Source of the DNA: Candidatus Poribacteria bacterium
GTDB taxonomy: Bacteria > Poribacteria > WGA-4E > WGA-3G
Length of the DNA: 64,000 bases
Assembly (NCBI GenBank): GCA_965205025.1
Contig: CBDBFU010000014.1
Span: 64,001-128,000, forward strand
Direction: 5' to 3'
Part shown: one piece after another, positions 10,762 through 21,297 of the stretch
Numbering within the stretch: the first letter of the stretch is position 1
How the letters are laid out: each line of letters opens with the position of its first letter
The notes under the pieces: generated by a model
What the model was told of the DNA's origin: nothing
Seen by the model: the letters and a program-made list of their open reading frames with translations, nothing else
The model's database searches: none
Program-made: the position numbers and the translations under genes

Positions 10762-11934
10762 TTGGGTAGTCCTACTTTCGCCAAGCGTATGAGTCGCTTG
10801 GGAACTGAATCCGCGTTTGAGGTACTCGCCAAAGCAAAAAGCTTAGAAGCCCAGGGCAAAGACATTATTCATTTAGAGATAGGTCAGCCCGATTTTTCGA
10901 CACCTATGAATGTCTGTGAGGCAGCATTCAAGGCGATGAAAGAAGGTCATACGGGTTATTGTCCATCGGCAGGACTACCTGAATTCCGAGAAGTTGCTGC
11001 ACACCACATATCTGAAACGCGCGGTATTGAAATACATCCAGATGAAGTTACCGTAACACCCGGTGCTAAACCCATCATCTTTTTTACAATCTTAGCATTA
11101 GTTGATGATGGAGATGAAGTTATATACCCAGAACCGGGCTTCCCTGTATATGAATCTGTTATTGATTTTATTGGTGGTAAACCAGTACCACTTCCCTTAA
11201 GAGAAGAAGTCGACTTCCGTTTTAAAATTGATGATTTAGTTGATTCTATTACTGAAAATACAAAACTGCTTATACTTAACTCTCCCCAAAATCCTACCGG
11301 AGGAACTCTAACTGAATCAGACCTTGCAGTAATAGCAGAGCTGGTAGAAAAACATAAGTTTTATGTTCTAACTGATGAAGTGTATTCAAGACTCCTCTAC
11401 GAAGGAACTCACCATAGTATACTCAGTATACCTGGAATGAAAGAACATACGATTCTAATTGAAGGTCATTCAAAAACATATGCTATGACAGGTTGGCGTC
11501 TTGGATATGGTATAGCACCAAAAGAAATCGCAGATAAAATCACTCAATTGACAATAAACTCAAATTCATGCACTGCAACATTCACACAAATTGCTGGAAT
11601 AGAAGCACTCACCGGACCACAAACTTTCGTTTCAGAAATGGTAGCAGAATTTCAAGTACGACGTGATGTAATCGTTGATGGGTTAAATGCAATTAAAGGC
11701 ATGAGTTGTGTGAAGCCATTTGGTTCTTTCTATGTATTTCCAAATGTGACTGAGCTGCCCCTTTCTTGTGAAGATCTGGCAGATTATCTAATGGAGGAAG
11801 TTGGAGTTGCTCTATTACCTGGGACAGCATTTGGTAAATATGGTGATGGATATCTACGTCTTTCGTATGCGAATTCATTGGATAACATTAATGATGCATT
11901 ACGAAGAATGGAATCTGCTATTTCAAAGTTATAG
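10762..11934 (+). CDS. PLP-dependent class I/II aminotransferase (aspartate aminotransferase-like)
   Basis: NSPQNPTGG, DEVY, SKTYAMTGWRLGY, YLRLSYA. Confidence 0.92.
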   Translation: MGSPTFAKRMSRLGTESAFEVLAKAKSLEAQGKDIIHLEIGQPDFSTPMNVCEAAFKAMKEGHTGYCPSAGLPEFREVAAHHISETRGIEIHPDEVTVTPGAKPIIFFTILALVDDGDEVIYPEPGFPVYESVIDFIGGKPVPLPLREEVDFRFKIDDLVDSITENTKLLILNSPQNPTGGTLTESDLAVIAELVEKHKFYVLTDEVYSRLLYEGTHHSILSIPGMKEHTILIEGHSKTYAMTGWRLGYGIAPKEIADKITQLTINSNSCTATFTQIAGIEALTGPQTFVSEMVAEFQVRRDVIVDGLNAIKGMSCVKPFGSFYVFPNVTELPLSCEDLADYLMEEVGVALLPGTAFGKYGDGYLRLSYANSLDNINDALRRMESAISKL

Positions 11935-11953
11935 ATAAGTAGGTGTATTTTGA

Positions 11954-12871
11954 ATGTCTCGAAGAATAACTGCTCGGATCCCTGCGAGTACAACAAATTT
12001 GGGTCCAGGATTTGATGTATTAGGTCTTGCATTAAAACTATATAGTACTATTACATTAGAAATAACTGAGAATAACACTGAAGTGATTGTAACAGGTGTA
12101 GACGCGGAGAAAATACCCAGTTCTACTGAAAATGTTGCATTTCAAGCAGTAAAATCCATATATTTACGAAGTGGGACACCACTACCAAATGGACTCAGAT
12201 TAAGCATTTCCAATGGAATTCCTGCAATACGAGGTTTAGGTGGTAGTGGGACTGCTATTCTTGGTGGAATGTTGACTGCAAATGTGTTGTGTGGAAACCC
12301 ATTCACAAATACAGATATTCTTGATTTTGCATCGGCTATAGAAGGTCATCCTGATAATGTGGCTGCCTCACTATACGGTGGTTTAGTCATTTCAATGCAA
12401 GAACATGAACACATACACACAATCAAATTGCATTGTGATCCATCACTATACATAGTATTCGCCATCCCAGAATTTACCTTATCTACTAAAAAAGCAAGAG
12501 ATATTCTGCCAAAAACTGTAGATTTCACTGACGCGATTTATAACATCAGTAGAAGTTCTATGCTGATTGCAAGTATAGCAACTGGAAAACTGGAAAATTT
12601 ATCTTTTGCCATGGCAGATAGACTCCACCAACCTTATCGAAGTTCATTAATTCCTGGTTTTGACAATGTTGTTGATGCTGCAATTTCTGCAGGAGCATTA
12701 AGTATAGCATTAAGCGGTGCCGGTCCAACCATAGCAGCATACTGTTTGGAAAATATAGATGACATTGGAATTGAAATGCATAAGGCATTTAAACATCATA
12801 ATATCAATTGTGAGATAAAAACACTTACACCTGATTTAGATGGAGCCTTAGTTTCTATTAAAGATGACTAA
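11954..12871 (+). CDS. thrB: Homoserine kinase
   Basis: PASTTNLGPGFDVLGLAL, GHMP P-loop RGLGGSG, EGHPDNVA, SGAGPT. Confidence 0.95.
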   Translation: MSRRITARIPASTTNLGPGFDVLGLALKLYSTITLEITENNTEVIVTGVDAEKIPSSTENVAFQAVKSIYLRSGTPLPNGLRLSISNGIPAIRGLGGSGTAILGGMLTANVLCGNPFTNTDILDFASAIEGHPDNVAASLYGGLVISMQEHEHIHTIKLHCDPSLYIVFAIPEFTLSTKKARDILPKTVDFTDAIYNISRSSMLIASIATGKLENLSFAMADRLHQPYRSSLIPGFDNVVDAAISAGALSIALSGAGPTIAAYCLENIDDIGIEMHKAFKHHNINCEIKTLTPDLDGALVSIKDD

Positions 12872-12924
12872 ATTTCATTATGGGAAGTTGTCAATAGTGA
12901 TATATTTGACAGTGATATTTAGGG

Positions 12925-15669
12925 TTGCTTTTTATGAATATTTATGAAGAGAGTATAGCTTTTCTGATAAACCAATACGATACTGATCTTGAATACGGTT
13001 TAAGTCAATCCGCTGTAAAAGATCTTCAAGAACGTTATGGTTTAAATAAAGTAAATACTAAGACTGGGACAGCAGAATTTACTTCTCTTATACATCAGAT
13101 ATTAAACTGGAGAATACTCCTATTGGCACTCACAACTGCTGTGTTTGCTTATACAAATGATATAATCAATACAGCATTAATAGGTGTGATTTTCCTTTTT
13201 ACACTGATTGGAGGAATTATACTTGTACTAAGTTTTCGCTATTCCCAACAGCGTAGAGTGAACAAATTTAAGATAAGCGTCTCAGTAATTCGTGAAGGTA
13301 AACAAGAGAAATGTGATCCGTCAGATATTGTACCAGGTGACCTAATTATACTAAAACCTGGGGACTATATACCAGCTGATGCCCGTATTGTTGAGGCTGA
13401 TGGACTAACAGTTATTGAGTCAGCATTATTTGGAAGCAGCGGTTCTGCAGCAAAAACAAGTATAGAATTAACTGAACCAGGTCTACCTCCAGAAAAACAA
13501 ATTAATATGGTGTTTGGAGGTACTTATGTAGATGCAGGAATCGGACAAGCGATTGTAGTACGAACTGGAAACCAATTGGTGATGTTTCAAGATCAAGGTA
13601 AAGCACGTTCGCTGCCCAATGAGATGACAGTTGCAGAAAATCAGCTAAAGTTTTATGTAGATGTCCTAAAGATTTCAGGTTTAGTTGTTGGTGGCATTGC
13701 TGTTGCCATTCTATGGTGGGGAAAATCTCAACAAAACACACCTAATTGGGTTGAATTAGTCCAATTTGGTTTAGTGTTTGCTATCGCTGCTACCCCATTC
13801 AATTTACTAATACTATTACATTCATATCTCAATCAGAAGGCATCAAAGTTGGTTAATTTTGGTATAGTATTACGAAATCATCATTTCCTTGAAAAATTGA
13901 ACCGTCTTACGGCATTATGTACAGATGAAAGAGGTATAACAAGTACACGATCTCTAACCATTTCCAATATCTTCGTTGATGAACAAATTGTTAACCGAAC
14001 ACAATGGGATAATTGGGTTTCATCGCTTGAGAATCAAACTCCAGAAGAGAAAAGTGAAAGGATTAACTCTATTCCACCCGGATATCAAATACCTCAAGGA
14101 GCCCCAGGATTAGTTTTAACTGCTGGTCTTGGAACCAGCGGGGAACGTTTCTATGACAGATCTGATTTAGATCATGCACACCAACAGGTTATTCAAGAGA
14201 CTATGGATAAACTTGGATTCCAGTTGAACAATCTAAAGACAAATATGCAACTTGTCGCTGAATATCCTTGGACCCCTAACTTTGGATATGAATTACATGT
14301 GTTTGAATCAGGAAATGAAGAATATCTTAACATTATCTTTGGAAATGCAAGGAATGTTCTTGAGGCATGTGATTCAATACTTATAAATGGGGAAATGAGT
14401 CAATTCAATTATGATCAATACGAAATGTGCAGTGAGATACTTAATTATCTACAAAATTCAAGAGACTCTGTTTATGGAGTAGCATCTTTACATTCTGAAA
14501 CAAGTCTATCACCACAAGAAGTCCAGGGAATATCTACTTTTTTAGGTTTTATCAGTTTCTCTGTTACTGATAATGTTGAAACAAAAGAAGTGGTTAAGTC
14601 ATTCCTTGATACAGGACTGAAAGTTATTCTAATTAGTGATAGTGATGAACAATCTACGACAGACATAGCAAAAGAACTCGGTCTCGTCCATACTCGAAAC
14701 GCGGTTGCAACAAGACAAGAGCTTATGCAACTTACTACACAAGAATTTGATAGAGATGTACCAAATTGGAATGCATATTCTCAACCGACAGACGAACAAC
14801 GGAGAAATGTAGTCTTAAGTCTAAAACGACATAATCATACAGTAGGATATTTAGGACAAAATGCAAACGATCAACGGGCAATGGTTTCTGCTGATCTTGC
14901 TTTTGCTGATGTAAGAAATGCAAGCCATTTTGCTCAAGATCATGCCGACTGCTTAATAATAGAGAAAGGTTTTAAGGCAATTAAGGATTCACTATTATTG
15001 GCACGGAAGGCGTATCACAACCTCTCAGGATCACTCCGATGGTGTTTTTCATGTACTTTCGCACAATTTTTTACTGCTATCTTTGGTTTAATACTATATG
15101 CAGGATTCAAAATTGAGCTGCCTTTTACCCTATCACAAATTGTGTGGGTTCAGTTCTTAACAACTATGGTTCCTGTTATTGGGTTAGGATATGAGAAAGT
15201 CGCAATGAATGAAAAACAAAACCAACCTGGTAGGGCAACACAACTATTTCCAAATATGTCAGTCCTGGATATCGTATGTAGAAGTCTTGTCATCAGTCTA
15301 ATGACAATAATACATTTCTTATTAATGACAACTTCTGTTTTTGAATCTACTCTTGAAGAGGCACGGACGGCTGCCTGTACCACACTAATTCTTACTCAGA
15401 TTATAGTATATTTTCAATGTACACGTTACCCATGGGAATCGCTGTTTAAAAGGATGTTCTCTAATGTACGCTTCTTTATAATATCAATAATCGTAATTGG
15501 AATTCAGACAGGAGCAATCTATCTTGAACCGGTTAATGATGTATTCCAGTTTACAGCACTTGAGAATGAATGGATAGTGTCAGCATTATGTAGTCTAATT
15601 TTATTGTTGCTACCATTGAATTTAGCAATCAATCCTCGTAAAGATAGATTCTATACCCAGAATCCGTAA
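12925..15669 (+). CDS. P-type (P2-like) cation-transporting ATPase homolog with degenerate catalytic motifs
   Basis: GLS...YGLN, VPGDLIILKPGDYIPADARI, NMVFGGT and multi-TM layout; DKTGT reads DERGI, TGES reads FGSS, GDGxND reads GQNAND. Confidence 0.85.
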   Translation: MLFMNIYEESIAFLINQYDTDLEYGLSQSAVKDLQERYGLNKVNTKTGTAEFTSLIHQILNWRILLLALTTAVFAYTNDIINTALIGVIFLFTLIGGIILVLSFRYSQQRRVNKFKISVSVIREGKQEKCDPSDIVPGDLIILKPGDYIPADARIVEADGLTVIESALFGSSGSAAKTSIELTEPGLPPEKQINMVFGGTYVDAGIGQAIVVRTGNQLVMFQDQGKARSLPNEMTVAENQLKFYVDVLKISGLVVGGIAVAILWWGKSQQNTPNWVELVQFGLVFAIAATPFNLLILLHSYLNQKASKLVNFGIVLRNHHFLEKLNRLTALCTDERGITSTRSLTISNIFVDEQIVNRTQWDNWVSSLENQTPEEKSERINSIPPGYQIPQGAPGLVLTAGLGTSGERFYDRSDLDHAHQQVIQETMDKLGFQLNNLKTNMQLVAEYPWTPNFGYELHVFESGNEEYLNIIFGNARNVLEACDSILINGEMSQFNYDQYEMCSEILNYLQNSRDSVYGVASLHSETSLSPQEVQGISTFLGFISFSVTDNVETKEVVKSFLDTGLKVILISDSDEQSTTDIAKELGLVHTRNAVATRQELMQLTTQEFDRDVPNWNAYSQPTDEQRRNVVLSLKRHNHTVGYLGQNANDQRAMVSADLAFADVRNASHFAQDHADCLIIEKGFKAIKDSLLLARKAYHNLSGSLRWCFSCTFAQFFTAIFGLILYAGFKIELPFTLSQIVWVQFLTTMVPVIGLGYEKVAMNEKQNQPGRATQLFPNMSVLDIVCRSLVISLMTIIHFLLMTTSVFESTLEEARTAACTTLILTQIIVYFQCTRYPWESLFKRMFSNVRFFIISIIVIGIQTGAIYLEPVNDVFQFTALENEWIVSALCSLILLLLPLNLAINPRKDRFYTQNP

Positions 15670-17603
15670 GTGGGTATACCTGCTATTATACCAAGAATAG
15701 TCCATAAACTTCCTACTGTAAATTCACCAAGAATAAGTCCTAAAAAGAAGGGGGCAATTTTACGATATTTTACAGGTCCTCCGTATTTTAATATTATCCA
15801 TTTAATTAACCAACTCATGAAAAGGCAGCTCCATGTTACATGCATTCCCCAACTTGTTGATATCGCAAATCCTGCTGGATGAAATGGCCACCAAACAAAT
15901 CGCATTCGGAACATCATTAATATAGATGTTAGTATAAAGCCTATACCCATAAATATGCTTTCCGGTATTTCTGGGTCTGTGGGGGATTGAAGCCAACCAG
16001 CTAAACGGCGATAAGGTTCAATTCCAAATGCACTCAAAGAAGGCCAATACGCACGAACTTCCATACCTAAACTATGTCCCCTATCAATTAGTGCCCAAAA
16101 ACCTGCTAACGACCCTAAAACACTTGCCAATACCACCGCTACTATTATCCGACGCATACTCATCTTAGTACGCTCCATTATCTTAAAACCTTCTAATTGA
16201 TGAGGCATCGGATGACTTCGATATGCCCGGTTGATAAACCAGAACATTGAGAACATAATTAGATTATCTCTACCTAATCGACGGGTTCCTACTACACGCG
16301 TTAATATCTCATCAGGACCCGAATAGTGTAAATCATGAACAGGAGTTCCCAATTCAGCACGCATACGGGTAATCGCTATAGAGATCATATAATATATTAC
16401 GAAAAACCCAAGCATCACACCTAAATTTGCACCACCGTAATAACAGAAGAGAACTAAAAATGTCATTACAATAATGAATCCAATAATAGCTGTCCTATAT
16501 GATATTGCTTCTTCTGAATCTTCAGGTGATTTACCTCTTCTAACCAAAATATGTCCTACATTGAGTAAATGACGCCGACTTGCCCAAAGTGCCAATACAC
16601 ATAATGCCAAATATCCACCAGATGCTTGCTCATTCATATATGGGAAACGTGGCATGCTACGAAAACCAAACATAGCACCCCCCACCCGCATAAATCGCCA
16701 GAACCAAAAGAAAAACCAACATGAGAATGAAAGATCAAGTGGAATGAAAAAACCTAATCCAATAGCAAACGGATAGAGAGAAATGGGTATGTTCCCCATT
16801 GCATTCCATGGACTGTCGGTAAAGAGTGGATAGCTACGGATACGAGTACGTAACTCAGGCAATACTGGGTAAAGAAAATTCATTCCATTCCACAATGCTA
16901 AGCCACCGGCAACGCCAAATCCTAACCACATAATCTTATTCTGAAAAAAGTGGTTGTTTCTGGTTTCTGTTAGATGAAGTGGAAGATGGATGATCGGATA
17001 ACTTAATTTCTCATATTCAATCCACTGTTTCCTAATAATTATATTAATGCATAGCATTCCTAAAACCAGCATACTGATAAAGGTCGTCCACCATAGAACA
17101 GGAGTTGCCCAACCCAGTAGTGATTCAAATGTATAAAGTGGTTGATCTCCTTCATAATACCCTTGTAATAAACGAGGACTATCAATGGTAAGCCATTCCG
17201 GGAGAAATGGAACAAATAGTTGATGCCATTCATTTTCTGGAGATGCAAAACGGAATGCATGACCTAACATAGGAACTAATATTTCAAGCATATCATGTCC
17301 TGTTATCCCTGAGGCAATTGACAACATCAGATAGACAATTACAAGTTCGCTTTGTATTAATGCCATTTTTGGTATAAAACGACGCAGTAACTGATTGAAA
17401 CCAACAAGTAAGAATAGACTAAAGATAACATTAAAAAAGAGAGATATGGTAACGGGGTGACCAGAATAACGAATTACTTCCATTTCAATCACCCAATAGC
17501 AATTGATAGGAATAAGGATAGTAGAAATTAGAATAGATTTAAGGGTTACACCGTGGGTAGGAATTTCGTGAGAACTTAGCAGTGTGGATTTTCGGTCTTC
17601 CAT
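15651..17603 (-). CDS. Multi-pass membrane protein, DUF6785/DUF6784-like (putative transporter)
   Basis: RKQWIEYEKLSYPI, TRMRAELG, WWPFHPAGF, FFLGLILGEF; many TM segments. Confidence 0.75.
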   Translation of the reverse strand: MEDRKSTLLSSHEIPTHGVTLKSILISTILIPINCYWVIEMEVIRYSGHPVTISLFFNVIFSLFLLVGFNQLLRRFIPKMALIQSELVIVYLMLSIASGITGHDMLEILVPMLGHAFRFASPENEWHQLFVPFLPEWLTIDSPRLLQGYYEGDQPLYTFESLLGWATPVLWWTTFISMLVLGMLCINIIIRKQWIEYEKLSYPIIHLPLHLTETRNNHFFQNKIMWLGFGVAGGLALWNGMNFLYPVLPELRTRIRSYPLFTDSPWNAMGNIPISLYPFAIGLGFFIPLDLSFSCWFFFWFWRFMRVGGAMFGFRSMPRFPYMNEQASGGYLALCVLALWASRRHLLNVGHILVRRGKSPEDSEEAISYRTAIIGFIIVMTFLVLFCYYGGANLGVMLGFFVIYYMISIAITRMRAELGTPVHDLHYSGPDEILTRVVGTRRLGRDNLIMFSMFWFINRAYRSHPMPHQLEGFKIMERTKMSMRRIIVAVVLASVLGSLAGFWALIDRGHSLGMEVRAYWPSLSAFGIEPYRRLAGWLQSPTDPEIPESIFMGIGFILTSILMMFRMRFVWWPFHPAGFAISTSWGMHVTWSCLFMSWLIKWIILKYGGPVKYRKIAPFFLGLILGEFTVGSLWTILGIIAGIPTYGFWV

Positions 17604-18019
17604 TTAATTGGATATTTCACGGTAGTAATTTATATGTAGTCTATCCTATCGGATTCCACTTGTCAACTGCTAATTATCCAGTTGTATCTATCATTACAGG
17701 TCAGTCAAACAAAGACAGTCACATTATATGTAAAAGTATGGGAAAACCCAAGACATCATCTTAGGAGGGAGCTCCATTCACTCCTATCACTGGTAACGAT
17801 CCTGAGATCGTTACTACAGAAGAAACTTATATCAGAATGTAGGTATTCGACAATTGAATACCTTTGAAATCCTGAAAGGATTCTATTACTTAAACATACT
17901 TATTCATGGTATAATTGATAATACACTCTCTGTGAAATCATGCTCATACTAAAGAGTATAGTTAAGAGAACAGTAGATAGACACCATTATAGTTTGTTAA
18001 CCATTTGTAAAGGCTTCTC

Positions 18020-18823
18020 ATGAAACCATTAAAATACCTTAAGAACCAGATTGAAAAAAAGTTCTATGCTGCATATCAAAGACAATTAGAAGCAGAAGCA
18101 GATACATGGAATATACCTAAACACATTGGTGTTATCCTTGATGGAAACAGAAGGTATGCAAAGGCAAGTGGATTAGACAACGTAATTAAAGGACATTATG
18201 AAGGAGCAGATAAACTTGAAGAAGTACTCCATTGGTGTGATGAACTTGGTGTAGAGATTTTCTCTATATGGATTTTCTCACTTGATAATTTCAACCGGGC
18301 TGATGATGAAGTTGAAGGTATATTAGGTTTAATCGAAAGGAAAATGCGTGAATTAGTAACAATAAAAGGTCTCCATAAAAATCAAATTAAAGTGCGTGCT
18401 ATGGGACAAATAGAACGTTTACCACAAAGTCTGCAAGAAGCCATTAAACAAGCGGAAGAGGCAACAAAGGATTATGATAATTTCATTCTAAACGTGGCTG
18501 TAGCTTATGGTGGACGGGAAGAGATAATAGAAGCCTTCAAAGGTCATTTAAATGCAGAATCGGGAAATGGTAAGGATGTAAATCAGATTGCTGAGGAATT
18601 GAGTGTTGATAAAATTTCTCAATACTTATATACATCAAATCTACCTGACCCAGAACTAATTATTCGAACAAGTGGTGAAGTCCGTCTCTCCGGGTTCTTA
18701 TTATGGCAGAGCGTCTATTCAGAATTTTATTTCTGCGATACTTATTGGCCATCCTTTCGAAAAATCGACTTTTTAAGAGCAATACGGGATTATAGTCACC
18801 GAAAACGTCGTTTTGGGAAATAA
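18020..18823 (+). CDS. uppS: cis-isoprenyl diphosphate synthase (UppS family)
   Basis: HIGVILDGNRR, AYGGREEI, IIRTSGEVRLSGFLLWQ, RRFG. Confidence 0.85.
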   Translation: MKPLKYLKNQIEKKFYAAYQRQLEAEADTWNIPKHIGVILDGNRRYAKASGLDNVIKGHYEGADKLEEVLHWCDELGVEIFSIWIFSLDNFNRADDEVEGILGLIERKMRELVTIKGLHKNQIKVRAMGQIERLPQSLQEAIKQAEEATKDYDNFILNVAVAYGGREEIIEAFKGHLNAESGNGKDVNQIAEELSVDKISQYLYTSNLPDPELIIRTSGEVRLSGFLLWQSVYSEFYFCDTYWPSFRKIDFLRAIRDYSHRKRRFGK

Positions 18824-18864
18824 ATCTTAAGTAAAAACATGTTGTTAACAGTTTCCATCTTTTA

Positions 18865-19257
18865 TTGATCTTAATAACTTATGTGATTACAATGGATATA
18901 ATATTACATTGGATTATACATCTACTTACATTGAGCGTTTCGGTCTTGATAGTCACCTATATTCTTCCAAGTATCAGTGTTAAGGGTTTTGGTACAGCAG
19001 TTGTAGTTGCACTGATCTATGGTCTTTTTAAGTTCTTTCTAACTGGTATCCTAACAATTTTAACATTACCTTTGATAGTTATTACTTTAGGTCTGTTTTA
19101 CTTTGTAATCAATGCCTTCTTGCTATGGATCACAAGTAAAGTAGTAGAAGGATTTGAAGTAAAAGGATGTGTTACCACGGTCATTGCAGCACTTTTGATT
19201 TCTGTGATAGAAATCTTAATTCATCATCTCTTTGTAGTTGTAAATGTTAGTATGTAA
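18865..19257 (+). CDS. YvlD/DUF360 4-TM membrane protein (phage holin family 4)
   Basis: LTLPLIVITLGLFYFVINAFLL, GFEV motif; start probably at MDIIL. Confidence 0.85.
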   Translation: MILITYVITMDIILHWIIHLLTLSVSVLIVTYILPSISVKGFGTAVVVALIYGLFKFFLTGILTILTLPLIVITLGLFYFVINAFLLWITSKVVEGFEVKGCVTTVIAALLISVIEILIHHLFVVVNVSM

Positions 19258-19490
19258 AAATGACAGTACTCCTTCTTGTGATAATTTCTGTAAATCTACT
19301 AACCCATAGATAATGATATAGTTAGAAAATGAAACTCATATATCTATTATGAAACTCACGTTATAAATACGTTGAATATCTAAACATTTGCAACATCTTA
19401 ACGAAACAACATATATCAACATTCAATGCAAAACGGGTAAAAACACGAAGAATATAGATTCGACTGACATCTGTTTTTTGGAGTAATTAT

Positions 19491-20258
19491 ATGCAATTTG
19501 GAATATGTACTGGATTGGAAAATGTTAACCGATTAGCAGAAGTAGGCTACGATTACATAGAATTGGGAGTACAAAGTTCACTAATGCCTGAAGCCAGTGA
19601 AGCTGAATTCCAGGCAATTCGAGATAAGGTGGCAGATGCACCGTTAAAACCTGAAGCTTATGCAGGGTTCATTCCGAGGGACTTAAGAGTTGTTGGTGAA
19701 AATGTTGATTTTCCACGTCTATCTCGCTATGTTGAAACCGCATGTCGCAGGAGTAGCGAAATCGGTGGTGAAATAATCGTATATGGGAGTAGTGGTTCTC
19801 GAAATATAGAAGATGGTTATTCTGAAGCACAAGGATTAGATCAAATTACCGAATTCCTTGATATGGCAGCAGATCACGCAGAGGAATATGGTATAACTAT
19901 TGTTGTGGAACCCATCTGTATGAAAGAAGGTAACATAATTCGTACTGTATCGGATGGACTTGCCCTGGTAAAAAGAGTAAACAGAAAAGGAATAAAGGCA
20001 TTGGCGGATTTATATCATATGTGGCAGGAAAACGAACCTATGCAGAACATCATTGATACAGGTCCTTGGTTAGCCCATATCCATATTGCTGAACCAGTCA
20101 AACGGTCTTATCCTGGTAATGACGATTTCGACTTCACAAATTTCTTTACTGCACTCAAAGATGTAAATTATAATGGTCGAGTTTCATGTGAATGTAAATT
20201 TGACGATTTTAATTCAGATATTGTAACCGCATTAAAAACTATGAAAAAATACTTATAG
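19491..20258 (+). CDS. Sugar phosphate isomerase/epimerase (xylose isomerase-like TIM barrel)
   Basis: GYDYIEL, VEP, DLYH, HIHIAE, SCE metal ligands. Confidence 0.88.
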   Translation: MQFGICTGLENVNRLAEVGYDYIELGVQSSLMPEASEAEFQAIRDKVADAPLKPEAYAGFIPRDLRVVGENVDFPRLSRYVETACRRSSEIGGEIIVYGSSGSRNIEDGYSEAQGLDQITEFLDMAADHAEEYGITIVVEPICMKEGNIIRTVSDGLALVKRVNRKGIKALADLYHMWQENEPMQNIIDTGPWLAHIHIAEPVKRSYPGNDDFDFTNFFTALKDVNYNGRVSCECKFDDFNSDIVTALKTMKKYL

Positions 20259-20316
20259 ATGTGAGTGATATACAGGAGTACAACCAATGTAAAAGGATTA
20301 TCTATGAATAAGAGTT

Positions 20317-21294
20317 TTGACACATACTATACTGGAGGTGGCGTTTATTCTTTCACATGAACAAGGCAAGGTTATTCGTGCAAGAACAGGATTTTACGAC
20401 ATTAGGCACCAAGAACTTGTATTGAGATGTACTCTCCGAGGAACACAAAAGAAACAACGATATTCTAATACTGGTCGTAGACTATTTGCTGACCCTATTG
20501 CTGTCGGAGATAAGGTCATATTTACACAAATTGATCAAGAAGAAGGTGTAATAGAAAAGATCCTCCCTCGACAAACCAAGTTTTCACGCCAATACGCTGG
20601 AAAGCATGAATCAATTGAACAGATAATTGTTGCTAATGCTTCGCAAGTAGTAGTTGTGGTTTCAACACAAATGCCTCCGCTCAACTATCGAACACTGGAT
20701 CGTTTCCTAATTTTAGCGGAAGCAGGGGAGATGTCGGCAATTATATGTGTGAATAAGATGGATTTAGTCGATTCTGAAGAAAAAGATGAACTCATTTCTA
20801 CATTCAAAACCTATGAGAATCTTGGTTATCAGGTAGTATACACGAGCATTAAGTCCACAGAAAGTGTAGAAACACTCATAGGTGTGTTAAGAGATAAATT
20901 CAGTGTAATTGTTGGGGCTTCTGGGGTGGGAAAATCAAGTTTACTAAACACCATACAGCCAAACCTTGAATTACGGACCGGAGAAGTTGGAGAGAAGACA
21001 CAGAAGGGAAGACATACCACTACGCTGGTAGAATTATTTCCACTTGATATTGGGGGAGAAGTAGCTGACACACCTGGAATCAGAGAAGTCGGTCTATGGG
21101 GAGTGGATACAGAGAATCTTGAATACTATTTTCCTGAAATGGAACCATTAATTGGTTCATGTAAATATAAAGACTGTGCACATATAAAAGAAACTGATTG
21201 TACTATACAAGATGCTGTGGAAAATGGAGATATACATCCACAGCGATATAAGAGTTATGTTGTCTTAAAAACTGGAAATACTGGAGAAATTTAA
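20317..21294 (+). CDS. rsgA: Ribosome small subunit-dependent GTPase A
   Basis: NKMDL, GASGVGKSSLLN, GRHTTT, DTPG, CKYKDCAH..E.DC zinc finger. Confidence 0.95.
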   Translation: MTHTILEVAFILSHEQGKVIRARTGFYDIRHQELVLRCTLRGTQKKQRYSNTGRRLFADPIAVGDKVIFTQIDQEEGVIEKILPRQTKFSRQYAGKHESIEQIIVANASQVVVVVSTQMPPLNYRTLDRFLILAEAGEMSAIICVNKMDLVDSEEKDELISTFKTYENLGYQVVYTSIKSTESVETLIGVLRDKFSVIVGASGVGKSSLLNTIQPNLELRTGEVGEKTQKGRHTTTLVELFPLDIGGEVADTPGIREVGLWGVDTENLEYYFPEMEPLIGSCKYKDCAHIKETDCTIQDAVENGDIHPQRYKSYVVLKTGNTGEI

Positions 21295-21297
21295 ACT

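Noticed and set aside
17793-17820. Structured ncRNA in the 17.6-18.0 kb intergenic region
   Set aside because: Only one 9-bp hairpin followed by CTACAG, consistent with a degenerate REP; insufficient evidence for an RNA gene.
18865-19257. Prophage, suggested by the holin-family annotation
   Set aside because: YvlD/DUF360 proteins are common chromosomal genes and no phage genes are nearby.
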